Positions 38,904-47,193 of a DNA stretch of 64,000 nt are shown here, one piece after another. The stretch lies in contig CAWELD010000003.1 of the NCBI GenBank assembly GCA_963809895.1, positions 3,520,001 to 3,584,000 of the forward strand, given 5' to 3'. The notes under the pieces were generated by a model that saw only the letters and a list, made by a program, of their open reading frames with translations, made no database searches and was not told where the DNA came from. The first letter of the stretch is position 1. Each line of letters starts with the position of its first letter. The translations under genes were made by a program, and so were the position numbers. This stretch comes from an uncultured Gemmatimonadales bacterium (GTDB lineage: Bacteria; Gemmatimonadota; Gemmatimonadetes; Longimicrobiales; Gaopeijiaceae).

Positions 38904-39635
38904 TCAACCCGCGACGGCCCGCTCCGACACCCGTCCGAAGCGCCGGTCGCGCGCCCGGAACTCGGCGAGCCAGCGTCCGACCTCCTCCTCGTCCACGTCG
39001 GGCCACAGCACCGGCGAGAAGACGAACTCGGCGTAGGCGCACTCCCACAGCATGAAGTCGCTCAGGCGACGCTCGCCGCTGGTGCGCACCAGCAGATCGA
39101 CGTCGGTGACGCCGCCGTCGCCGAGCGTCTCCTCCAGGGCTTCGGCCAGGACGTCGCGATCCACGGGCGCGGAGGTCTCCCGGAGGCGCTCGGCCGCGGC
39201 GGCCAGCACGTCGCGGGCGGAGTAGTCCACCGCCAGTCGGAGATGGAGGCCCTTGCCGTCCCGGGTCGCTTCTTCGGCGGCCTCGGCCGAGGCCAGCACC
39301 CTGGGTGGCAGGCGGTCGCGGCGTCCGATGAGCGACAGGCGCACCCCCTTCTCCACCAGCTCCGCGGTCTCCGTGCGCAGATGACGGAGGAAGAGCCGCA
39401 TGAGGGCGGCCACCTCGAGGCGGGGACGCTGCCAGTTGTCCGAGGAGAACGCGTAAAGCGTCAGCGTGCCGACCCCCAGCGACGGCGCCGCTTCCACCAC
39501 CTTGCGCACGGCCTTGGCCCCGGCCTGATGGCCTGCGGTGCGCGGAAGCCCCCGGGCCCGAGCCCAGCGGCCGTTGCCGTCCATGATGACGGCCAGGTGG
39601 ATGCCCTCGCGGGGCCCTTCGGGGACAGGTGTCAT
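38904..39635 (-). CDS. uppS: cis-prenyltransferase (UppS family)
   Basis: HLAVIMDGNGRWA, YAFSSDNWQRP, RTSGERRLSDFMLWECAYAE, RRFG. Confidence 0.92.
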   Translation of the reverse strand: MTPVPEGPREGIHLAVIMDGNGRWARARGLPRTAGHQAGAKAVRKVVEAAPSLGVGTLTLYAFSSDNWQRPRLEVAALMRLFLRHLRTETAELVEKGVRLSLIGRRDRLPPRVLASAEAAEEATRDGKGLHLRLAVDYSARDVLAAAAERLRETSAPVDRDVLAEALEETLGDGGVTDVDLLVRTSGERRLSDFMLWECAYAEFVFSPVLWPDVDEEEVGRWLAEFRARDRRFGRVSERAVAG

Positions 39636-40023
39636 CGTGGTCGCATGGCCCGGATGAGGGCCTCCATGTGATCAAGGTAGGAGCGCAGCTCGCGCCCCCC
39701 CGCTCGGTGAGCGAGTACTCGGTGCGCGGCACCCGGCCCTCGAAGCCCTTGGTGCATTCGATGTAGCCGGCCTCCTCCAGACGCCGGGCGTGGGCGCTCA
39801 GGTTGCCGTCGGTGGTGCCGAGGATCTCCTTCAGATCCGAGAAGGCCAGGGTGCCGTTCACGGCCAGGGCGCTGACGATTCCCAGCCGCACCCGTTCGTG
39901 GATGACCCGGTCCAACTCCAGGGGACCGTCGGTGCCCTCTCCCTCCACGCTCCACAGGCGCCGGGTGGCGGAGGCCACCTCGGTTCCATCGGCCCCTTCG
40001 GGCACTGCTCGTTCCTCAGCCAC
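39632..40023 (-). pseudogene. Winged-HTH regulator (HTH_34 type) with a one-base frameshift in a G7 run near 39695-39701
   Basis: LDRVIHERVRLGIVSAL..TDGNLSAHARRLEEAGYI..PRTEYSLTERG, then RELRSYLDHMEALI in another frame, ending in an ATGA overlap with uppS. Confidence 0.82.
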
Positions 40024-40624
40024 CGTACCTCCGGGCGATCACGAGTCCGAACACGAGGTGCAATCCCCCGAACCCCACGGCCATGGCCTCGCCCCCCAGG
40101 CTCGGGACCAACAGCGCCACGGCTCCCAGCCCCATGAAGGTCGCTCCCATGAGCGGGATGATGCGCACCGAGAACGCGCCGCCGCCCAGGATGGCCGTGC
40201 CGTAGAGGACCAGCCAGGTGCCCGGAAGCAGGTCCACGGCCCCGGCGCGCAGCAGAGGCAGGGTGAGCATGCCGCCGACCAGGAGCGCGGGGAGCGTGCC
40301 CAGCAGGAACTTGCGGCCCGGGCCCCGGAGGAGTGGCTCCTCGAGCCGGCGGGCCTTGTGCACGATGCCGGCCATGGCCAGGACGAAGGCCACCGCCGCC
40401 GCGGCGATCCAGGTGAGCACCCAGCGCTCGGGGCCGGCACCCCGAGCGAGCACCGCCGCCGTCAGCGCCACCAGGCCCATGACGACTCCGGCCCATCCCG
40501 AGACCGCGGTGAAGGCGGACGAACGCTCGATGGTGCGGCGGATGTACTCCAGGTCCGCCACCGCACGGTCGTGGATGGCCAGCGGCTCGTCGCGTGTGAC
40601 CCGTAACCGTCGGGCGGGGATCAT
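40016..40624 (-). CDS. Multi-pass membrane protein, function unknown
   Basis: DLEYIRRTIERSSAFTAVSGW followed by about six TM segments; ends GGLHLVFG...RRYGG. Overlaps the regulator start. Confidence 0.8.
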   Translation of the reverse strand: MIPARRLRVTRDEPLAIHDRAVADLEYIRRTIERSSAFTAVSGWAGVVMGLVALTAAVLARGAGPERWVLTWIAAAAVAFVLAMAGIVHKARRLEEPLLRGPGRKFLLGTLPALLVGGMLTLPLLRAGAVDLLPGTWLVLYGTAILGGGAFSVRIIPLMGATFMGLGAVALLVPSLGGEAMAVGFGGLHLVFGLVIARRYGG

Positions 40625-40708
40625 GGCGCTCCGTCCGGCGCGAACGGTGCCGGGCCCCGTGGCCGAGGCGGCTCAGGCCACCCGGGATTCCTGGGAAACG
40701 AAGATTGA

Positions 40709-40771
40709 GATACCATGCTTCAACGGTATCCCCCCTCGGTTTCGCGCGTCAAGTACTTTGCGAATCAGAGT
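40709..40771 (-). promoter_or_regulatory. Promoter with two palindromic operator candidates for the uppS cassette
   Basis: TTGACG(40752-40747)-N18-TACCGT; GATACC-N10-GGTATC (40709-40730) over the -10; ACTTTG-N5-CAGAGT (40755-40771) next to the -35. Confidence 0.55.
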
Positions 40772-41733
40772 GACTCCGGGGGGACCACGACCTCCAACGC
40801 ACCGGGCAGCACCTCCACGCCGACCCGGTCGCCGGCGCTGACGAAGACGTCGCCGTCGGCCTCGAAGCGCACCGGGGCTCCGAACTCCAGGGTGAAGGAG
40901 GAGGCCGAGTGGACCTCCACCCGATCCGATTCCACGTGGCGTCCCTTGCCGGCGAGACCGAAGAGGCGCATGCGGGTGAGAGGGGGAGCGTCGCCGATGA
41001 GGCAGGCGTGGAGGAGGCCGTCACGGATGTCGGCCCCGGGTGCGATGGGGAAACCCCCGCCGAAGTAGCGGCCGTTGCTGACGGTGACCATGAGGTGCCG
41101 ACCCTGGCGCTGAAAGCCGTCGGCACCGGTGATCGCGAGCTCGATGCCGGGAAAGCGAACGAGCTGCTGGAGCGCCGTGACCTTGTACAACACCTCGCCC
41201 TTGAGAAAGCGCGCCGAAGCCGCGGCGTCGATGACGGCGATGTCGAAGCCGAACCCCACCAGGTTGAGGAAGTGACGCACGCGCGCCTCGCCGCCCTGGC
41301 CCTTGCCCGGCTCGGCGGGCGCCGACGGTGTGGTGACGCGACCCACGTCCACCCGCGCCGTGCGTCCCGACGTCAGGGCCCGCACGGCAGCCGCCGGATC
41401 GCCGTAGTCCAGCCCCAGGCTCCTGCCGAAGTCGTTACCGGTGCCCGACGGCAACACGCCGAAGCGAACGTCGGAGCGCCCCGAGGCCAGGATGCGGTCG
41501 GCGACGTGGCTCCAGGTGCCGTCTCCCCCCACGGCCACCAGGGTGTCGAAGCCCTCGGCCAGGGCGCGGTCGGTCAGGTCGTACTCGTCACCCGGGTGTG
41601 TGGTGACGCCGTGCTGGAACCCGGGAAGGTGGCGGGCCAGGAGCTCCAGATAGCGGGCGATGCGGCGCCGGCCCCGCCCCCGTCCCGACGCCGGGTTGAA
41701 GACGACGAAGGTCCGGCGGGCGGCGTCGCTCAG
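40765..41733 (-). CDS. Soluble diacylglycerol/sphingosine/ceramide kinase family protein (YegS/DgkB-like)
   Basis: FNPASG, VGGDGT, LPSGTGNDF, NGRYFGGG, ADGD. Start is probably CTG at 41733 (alternative GTG at 41778). Confidence 0.88.
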   Translation of the reverse strand: MSDAARRTFVVFNPASGRGRGRRRIARYLELLARHLPGFQHGVTTHPGDEYDLTDRALAEGFDTLVAVGGDGTWSHVADRILASGRSDVRFGVLPSGTGNDFGRSLGLDYGDPAAAVRALTSGRTARVDVGRVTTPSAPAEPGKGQGGEARVRHFLNLVGFGFDIAVIDAAASARFLKGEVLYKVTALQQLVRFPGIELAITGADGFQRQGRHLMVTVSNGRYFGGGFPIAPGADIRDGLLHACLIGDAPPLTRMRLFGLAGKGRHVESDRVEVHSASSFTLEFGAPVRFEADGDVFVSAGDRVGVEVLPGALEVVVPPESL

Positions 41734-42452
41734 AGCTCTTCCAGCTCCTCGAAGGTCTGCATGCCCGCCTGGTACCACTCCTCCCGGAACGGATAGGAGG
41801 AGACGTCTTCGAGGGTCAGGCCCTCGGTGATCGGGTGGGGGTGCAGGATCAGCTCTCCGGCCTCCTCTTCGTGCTCCGAGTGGGGGCCGTCCATGTAGAT
41901 GTTGACCTTGAAGCGCTCGTCGCCCTCCACCGTGAAGCAGTGGTAGGGATTCACCGTGGGCACGAAGTCGTGGTCGGTGACGGTGAGCTCCAGGATGGGT
42001 GAGCCGTTCTCGCTGACCCGGACCTCCATGCGCCCGTCGGACTCCTGGAACTCGAAGTCCACGTCGGCCATGTAGTGAGGCAGGTGCCAGCGCCCGATGG
42101 CGTGCTCGCGCGACGCCTCGGTGCTGGTGGCCACCATGAACGGAAAGAAGGCCGCCTTGGGGAGGGGCTTGCCCGGCTCCACCCGGGGCGGCGTGATGAC
42201 GGCCATGACGAGCTCGTCGTAGGCCCCCACCTCGCTTTCCGTGAACTGGAAGGCCAGCACCGCCAGCACGCTCCGCGTGTGCTGCTTCTCCATGGGTTCG
42301 AGGTGTCGGGGCAGAAGCTCACGGGCGTCGGTGGTGCCCATCTCGAAGAAGGCGCCCACACAGTTCTGGAAGCCGTACCGGGTCAGGACCATGGATCCGG
42401 GGATGCTGGGGTGAAGGTCGGATGCACGGCGGCGGCGGGTCGGTGCTCGCAC
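41730..42452 (-). CDS. Acetoacetate-decarboxylase-like fold protein
   Basis: SEVGAYDEL and SREHAIGRWHLPH resemble ADC-family motifs; His occupies the usual PK lysine position. Alternative start at 42392. Confidence 0.65.
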   Translation of the reverse strand: MRAPTRRRRASDLHPSIPGSMVLTRYGFQNCVGAFFEMGTTDARELLPRHLEPMEKQHTRSVLAVLAFQFTESEVGAYDELVMAVITPPRVEPGKPLPKAAFFPFMVATSTEASREHAIGRWHLPHYMADVDFEFQESDGRMEVRVSENGSPILELTVTDHDFVPTVNPYHCFTVEGDERFKVNIYMDGPHSEHEEEAGELILHPHPITEGLTLEDVSSYPFREEWYQAGMQTFEELEEL

Positions 42453-42482
42453 GCCCCTTCCCGCCGCCGCACGTCGCCCGAC

Positions 42483-43844
42483 TCAGATGATGTCGTTGCG
42501 CTTCAGGACGCCGATGATGATGTCTGCGCCCCGGTCCAGCTCGTCACGAGTGTGCGCCGCGGAGATGGACATGCGGAAGCGGGACTTGTGCTTGCCCACC
42601 GCGGGATACTTCACGGGGTTGATGAAGACGCCGTCCTCGAGGAGCTGTTCGCCGAGCTCGAAGATGAGGGCGTCGTTTCGCACCATGATGGGGATCACCT
42701 GCGACTCCGAGTCGCCCACGTCGACGCCGGCGGCACGGAGCTTCGACTGCATGAACTCCACGTTCTCCCACAGGCGCGTGCGCAGCTCGGGCTCGGTATC
42801 CGCCAGGTCCAGGGCCTTGAGGAGGCCGGCCACCACCGTGGGGGCCAGGGCGCACGAGAAGAAGCGCGACCGGGAGAATCCCCGCAGGTAGTCGATGAGT
42901 TGCTTCGAGCCGGCCACGAACCCGCCCTGGCCGCCCAGGCTCTTCGAGAAGGTGCCGATGTGGATGTCCACGGCCTCGTCGAGGCCGAAGTGCTCGGCCA
43001 CGCCACGCCCGTTCGGCCCGAAGACGAAGGTGGAGTGGGCCTCGTCGACCAGGATGCGCGCGTCGTGCTTGCGGCACACCTCGACGATCTCCGGGAGCGG
43101 GCAGAGGTCGCCGTCCATGGAGTAGACGCCCTCCACGATGACCAGCTTCTTGCCCTCGAAATTCCGCAGCTTGCGGTCGAGGTCCTCCGCCTTGTTGTGG
43201 CGGAAGAAGCGGCTCTTCGCCTTGGACAGGATCATCCCGTCCACGATGGAGGCGTGGGCGTACTGGTCGGCGACGATGAGGTCGCCGGAGCGCATGAGCC
43301 CGGCGATGACCCCCACGTTGGCGCTGTAGCCCGTGGGGAACACCATGGCCGCTTCCTTGGCCTTGAAGCGGGCCACGTTCTCGGCGAGGCGCCGGTGCAG
43401 CTCCGTGGTGCCGGACAGGATCGGCGAGCCCGAGGAGCCACCCCCGTAGACGTCCACCGCGGCCTTGATCGCTTCCTTCACTTCCGGGCGATAGGACAGG
43501 CCCAGGTAGTTGTAGGAGGCGAAGTTGATGAGGCCGCGGCGCACCTCGCCGGTCTTGGTGTCCTCCACGTCGACCTGGGTCGATGGCGCCGAGTGGAGCG
43601 GCAACTCGTACTGGTAGTACCCCCGGGGATGCACCTCCGTCCACCACGCCTCGAAAGGCTCCAGGAGGGCGAAGGGATCGTCGCCGGCTCCGAAGTAGAA
43701 GTTGGTGTAGTCGTAATCCAGGGGGTCGACCTTGGCCGTGGGCAGCATCTCCGGGGCCTCACGGAGGCGGTTCTTGCCCGTGGAAACGTCGCTTTCCCTG
43801 GGGGAAGCGGTGGTCGCGCCTTGAGTTCGATCGTGATCAGCCAT
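42483..43844 (-). CDS. PLP-dependent alpha-oxoamine synthase, serine-palmitoyltransferase-like
   Basis: NFASYNYLGL, TGYSAN, HASIVDG, EGVYSMDGD, DEAHS, GTFSKS (PLP lysine). Family is certain; substrate is inferred. Confidence 0.85.
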   Translation of the reverse strand: MADHDRTQGATTASPRESDVSTGKNRLREAPEMLPTAKVDPLDYDYTNFYFGAGDDPFALLEPFEAWWTEVHPRGYYQYELPLHSAPSTQVDVEDTKTGEVRRGLINFASYNYLGLSYRPEVKEAIKAAVDVYGGGSSGSPILSGTTELHRRLAENVARFKAKEAAMVFPTGYSANVGVIAGLMRSGDLIVADQYAHASIVDGMILSKAKSRFFRHNKAEDLDRKLRNFEGKKLVIVEGVYSMDGDLCPLPEIVEVCRKHDARILVDEAHSTFVFGPNGRGVAEHFGLDEAVDIHIGTFSKSLGGQGGFVAGSKQLIDYLRGFSRSRFFSCALAPTVVAGLLKALDLADTEPELRTRLWENVEFMQSKLRAAGVDVGDSESQVIPIMVRNDALIFELGEQLLEDGVFINPVKYPAVGKHKSRFRMSISAAHTRDELDRGADIIIGVLKRNDII

Positions 43845-43914
43845 TAGCCTTCGCTCGGAGCTGAGGCGTTCTCTCGCGCCGGGGTCCCCGGTGGGGAGCC
43901 CCCCGCGTCAAGCG

Positions 43915-44685
43915 ATGGAGACTCCCGATTTGAAGATCCGCGGGACCCTGACCGTCTTCGCCGTGGGCGTATCCCTCGTCGTAGGCGACCTGATCCAGCG
44001 CACCGCGGTTGCCGGCGCGGCACGACTCCTGCCATCCCGCCGGGACCGCATCCTCGCTGCCTGGCAGCAAGGACTGGCGCGTCTCATGTTGGGCCTGGCA
44101 CGGTTCCCGGGCGGTGCACGCTTCGACGACGTTCCCCGCATTCCGGGGCGCTCCGGCGTGCTCGTCCTGATGAACCACCAGTCCCTTCTGGACATCCCGT
44201 TGGTCGTTCGGGCCCTGGCGCCGGGGTACCCCCGGATCATCACCCGGGCCCGATATGCCCGCGGGAAGCCATTAATTTCGCACATGGTGCGGCTCTATCA
44301 ATACCCCACCGTGGATCCGGGGGCAACCGCGAGGAAACAGCTGGCGCAGCTCGCCGAGGTGGGACGTTCCGCCGATGTCCCCCTGGTCATCTACCCGGAG
44401 GGGACCCGGACCCGGACCGGAGACGTGGGCCGGTTCAAGAAGGCCGGCCTGCGGGCCCTGCTCTCCGCGAGGCGCTGGGAAGTGTGGATCGTGGTCTCCG
44501 ACGGCCACTGGCAGAGCGGGCGGCTCGCGGACTTTCTGGAGAACGTTTCGACGATTCGCGCGCGCACCGCGGTCGTGGGGCCCTTCGAGTCGCCGGAGCC
44601 GGGCGACGATCTCGACGGGTTCATCGGCGACATGGCGGCGCGCATGCGCGATGCCCTCGAGGGACTCCGGGGCGACGCGGCGTGA
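43915..44685 (+). CDS. PlsC-family lysophospholipid acyltransferase
   Basis: NHQSLLD (HX4D) and YPEGTR motifs. Confidence 0.9.
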   Translation: METPDLKIRGTLTVFAVGVSLVVGDLIQRTAVAGAARLLPSRRDRILAAWQQGLARLMLGLARFPGGARFDDVPRIPGRSGVLVLMNHQSLLDIPLVVRALAPGYPRIITRARYARGKPLISHMVRLYQYPTVDPGATARKQLAQLAEVGRSADVPLVIYPEGTRTRTGDVGRFKKAGLRALLSARRWEVWIVVSDGHWQSGRLADFLENVSTIRARTAVVGPFESPEPGDDLDGFIGDMAARMRDALEGLRGDAA

Positions 44686-44695
44686 CGACGACGCG

Positions 44696-45658
44696 ATGAC
44701 GGTGCCCGAGGTGCGCGCTCCGGCGGAGGCCCATCGCCTGATCGGGCCGCTGCGCGAGGCCGGCGGCGATTCGCTGCGCGCCATCCTCCTGTTCGGGTCC
44801 CAACTCGTGCGGGCGACCCCCGACGATCACAGCGCCTGGGACGTGGTGCTGGTGGTGGACTCGTACGGGGACTTCCACCGCCGGCTGGTGTCCGGTGGTC
44901 ATCACCGGAGGCCCGCGTGGCTCCTGAGTCTGCTGGCCCGGGTGCTGCCCCCCAACATCACCGCCTTCGACCCCGGCGACGACGGGCCCCTGGCCAAGTG
45001 CGCCATCGTGTCCCGCGAGCACTTCCAGCGGGCGCTGGGACCCCGGGCGCGGGACCACTTCCTCAAGGGTCGGATGGTGCAGAAGGTGGCGGTGCCGTGG
45101 GCCCGGGACGAGGCGGCACGCGCCGAGGTGGAGGAGGCGCTGGCCGGGGCGCGACGTGGCGTGCTCTCGTGGGTCGCGCCCTACCTGGCCGGCGACTTCG
45201 ATGCCGACGCCCTGGCGCGCCGCATGCTGGAGGTGTCCTACGGCGGTGAGCTCAGGCCGGAGAGCGGTGATCGGGTCTCCCAGGTTCACGGGGCGCAGGC
45301 GGCCTTCCTGCATGGGGCGTTCCAGGACGTGCTCGACCAGGCGGCGCAAGCCGGTGAGGTAACGCCGGTGGGCGAAGGCCGTTTTCGCCTTGCCCGGGAG
45401 CCCGGCCGCTGGGAGCGCTGGCGGGTGTCGCTCTATTTCGCCCGCTCCAAGGTCCGGGCCACCGCCCGCTGGCTCAAGCACGTCGTCACCTTCAACGACT
45501 GGCTCACCTACATCCAGCGCAAGGTGGAGCGGCGACTGGGCACGACGGTGGAGATCACGCCCTGGGAGCGCCGCTTGCCGCTGCTCCTGCTGTGGCCCAA
45601 GGTCGTCCGGGTCCTGCGATTGCGCAGGGCTTCATCCCCCCCGGGAGACGACGAGTGA
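44696..45658 (+). CDS. Tam41/CpgC-like nucleotidyltransferase (putative CDP-lipid synthase)
   Basis: LFGS-x-AWDVVLVVD, LPPN, AKCAIVS, KGRMVQKV, SYGGELRPE, LKHVVTF..TYIQRKVER, in the motif order recalled for Tam41 and its bacterial relatives. Confidence 0.65.
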   Translation: MTVPEVRAPAEAHRLIGPLREAGGDSLRAILLFGSQLVRATPDDHSAWDVVLVVDSYGDFHRRLVSGGHHRRPAWLLSLLARVLPPNITAFDPGDDGPLAKCAIVSREHFQRALGPRARDHFLKGRMVQKVAVPWARDEAARAEVEEALAGARRGVLSWVAPYLAGDFDADALARRMLEVSYGGELRPESGDRVSQVHGAQAAFLHGAFQDVLDQAAQAGEVTPVGEGRFRLAREPGRWERWRVSLYFARSKVRATARWLKHVVTFNDWLTYIQRKVERRLGTTVEITPWERRLPLLLLWPKVVRVLRLRRASSPPGDDE

Positions 45659-46434
45659 GAAGCGACCTGACCGTGCTCGCGGCCGTCGTGGCGCTGGCGT
45701 TGGCATCCATGCCCGTGTACGCCGTGACCGCCCGCCGGCGCGGTCCGGACCGGCTGGAGTCGTCGGCCCGGGGGAGCTTCGTATTGGGCTCGTTCGTGCG
45801 GGAGTGGTTCTACTGGTTCCTGCGCCCGGTCGAGCGGCTGTGCCTGGCCCTGGGTCTGAGCCCGACCTTCTTCAACGTCCTGGGCGCCCTGCTCGGGGCG
45901 CTGGCCGGCTGGTTCTTCTCGGGTGGCGGCATGGTGGCGGGGGGCTGGGCGGTGTTCGGCGGTGGGGCCGCGGACGTCCTGGACGGCCGCATCGCCCGGG
46001 CTCGGGGGATGGCGGATCGCCGCGGCGCCTTCCTCGATTCCAGCCTGGACCGCTACGCCGAGGTGGGGGCCTTCGTGGGACTCGCCCTCTGGTTCCGCAC
46101 CGACCCGCGCTGGCTGCTGGCGGCGGTGGTGGCGCTCGGGGGATCCCTGTTGGTCAGCTACGCCCGCGCCCGCGGCGAGAGCGTGGGGGTGGTGTGCAAG
46201 GTGGGGGTGCTGCAGCGCGCCGAGCGGCTCCTCCTGCTGGGCTTCGGGGGATTGCTGGACCCGGCCTTCTCCTCCTGGCGCGGGCACGAGTCGCCCGGCG
46301 CGCTCATGGGACCCGTGCTGGCCTTGATCGCCGTGGGCACGCTGGCGACCTCCGTCTACCGGGTGGTGTGGATCGCCCGCCGGCTGGGTGAGGAAGAGCG
46401 GGGAGTGGGCGGGACGCCCGACGGACAGGCCTGA
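45655..46434 (+). CDS. CDP-alcohol phosphatidyltransferase
   Basis: Signature DVLDGRIAR-x8-GAFLDSSLD; SLLVSYARARGE and QRAER resemble the PgsA/PIP-synthase subgroup. GTGA overlap with the upstream gene. Confidence 0.92.
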   Translation: MRSDLTVLAAVVALALASMPVYAVTARRRGPDRLESSARGSFVLGSFVREWFYWFLRPVERLCLALGLSPTFFNVLGALLGALAGWFFSGGGMVAGGWAVFGGGAADVLDGRIARARGMADRRGAFLDSSLDRYAEVGAFVGLALWFRTDPRWLLAAVVALGGSLLVSYARARGESVGVVCKVGVLQRAERLLLLGFGGLLDPAFSSWRGHESPGALMGPVLALIAVGTLATSVYRVVWIARRLGEEERGVGGTPDGQA

Positions 46435-46448
46435 GGCGGCTCCCGAGG

Positions 46449-47096
46449 CTAGGAGAGTCCTCCGGCCACCACGTCACCGATGGATGCCAGGTGGATGTCC
46501 GCGCCCTCCACGTGCACGACGCTGCTCTGGGGGCTCGCCTGATCCCACGTTACGGAACGGGCGGCGGTGAGGAGGTCGGCGCGCACGGCTCCCCCGAACA
46601 CGGTCACGGCCCGTTTGCGGACCCCCTTGGCCAGGCCGCGGACGGCGAGGCCCGAGCCGAGCTCCGTCAGGGCTTCCAGGACCCTGCGCGTGTTCTTCTT
46701 CTTGGGGTGGATGAGGATCTCGATGCCGGCCTGGTGACGGCTGGCGGACAGGAGCGTCAGCGCGGCAGTGCCCACCACGAGATAGCGGGCCTGGTGCCGA
46801 TTGAGCGCGTCACACAGGCGGGTCAGGCTGTCGCGGAACGAGGGCACCCGGTGGGCGTCGGGGTCGCGGGCCTTCCACGCCAGGTAACTCGCCTGATCCT
46901 GGAACGCGGCCATCCAGTCCGGACCGGCGGCGGCCGGCGTGAGGGCCGCGGCGGGGGCCGGCGCGGGAGGCTCGGTGAAGCTCGCCACCGCCTCGGTGAC
47001 CACCCAGCTGCGGGAGCGCTGTTCGAGGGCCGCCCGGGTGTCCGCGGCATCCACCAGCTCCTCGGGAATCGTGACGCAGATGCGCGCTCTGGACAT
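46449..47096 (-). CDS. Ribbon-helix-helix domain fused to a degenerate nucleotidyltransferase-like domain
   Basis: ARICVTIPEELVDAAD...RSRSWVVTEAV (CopG-like RHH); C-terminal LNRHQARYLVVGTAAL...GIEILI. Confidence 0.7.
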   Translation of the reverse strand: MSRARICVTIPEELVDAADTRAALEQRSRSWVVTEAVASFTEPPAPAPAAALTPAAAGPDWMAAFQDQASYLAWKARDPDAHRVPSFRDSLTRLCDALNRHQARYLVVGTAALTLLSASRHQAGIEILIHPKKKNTRRVLEALTELGSGLAVRGLAKGVRKRAVTVFGGAVRADLLTAARSVTWDQASPQSSVVHVEGADIHLASIGDVVAGGLS

Positions 47097-47136
47097 GTCG
47101 TTCTCCGACTCTACCAGGCGTGGCTCGGGCGGGGAT

Positions 47137-47165
47137 AGTATGAGCAGCTCATACTTAGTAATACT
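47137..47165. promoter_or_regulatory. Perfect inverted repeat, candidate RHH operator
   Basis: AGTATGAGC-A-GCTCATACT (47137-47155) followed by AGTA-A-TACT (47157-47165), 40 bp upstream of the RHH gene. Confidence 0.65.
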
Positions 47166-47193
47166 GTCGCCGAAGTGATTCCGCAATAACGAG

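Noticed and set aside
42483..43844. Annotation as bioF or kbl
   Set aside because: No biotin or tdh genes are nearby, and the GTFSKS motif plus lipid-enzyme neighbours favour an Spt-like role. Not fully excluded without a phylogeny.
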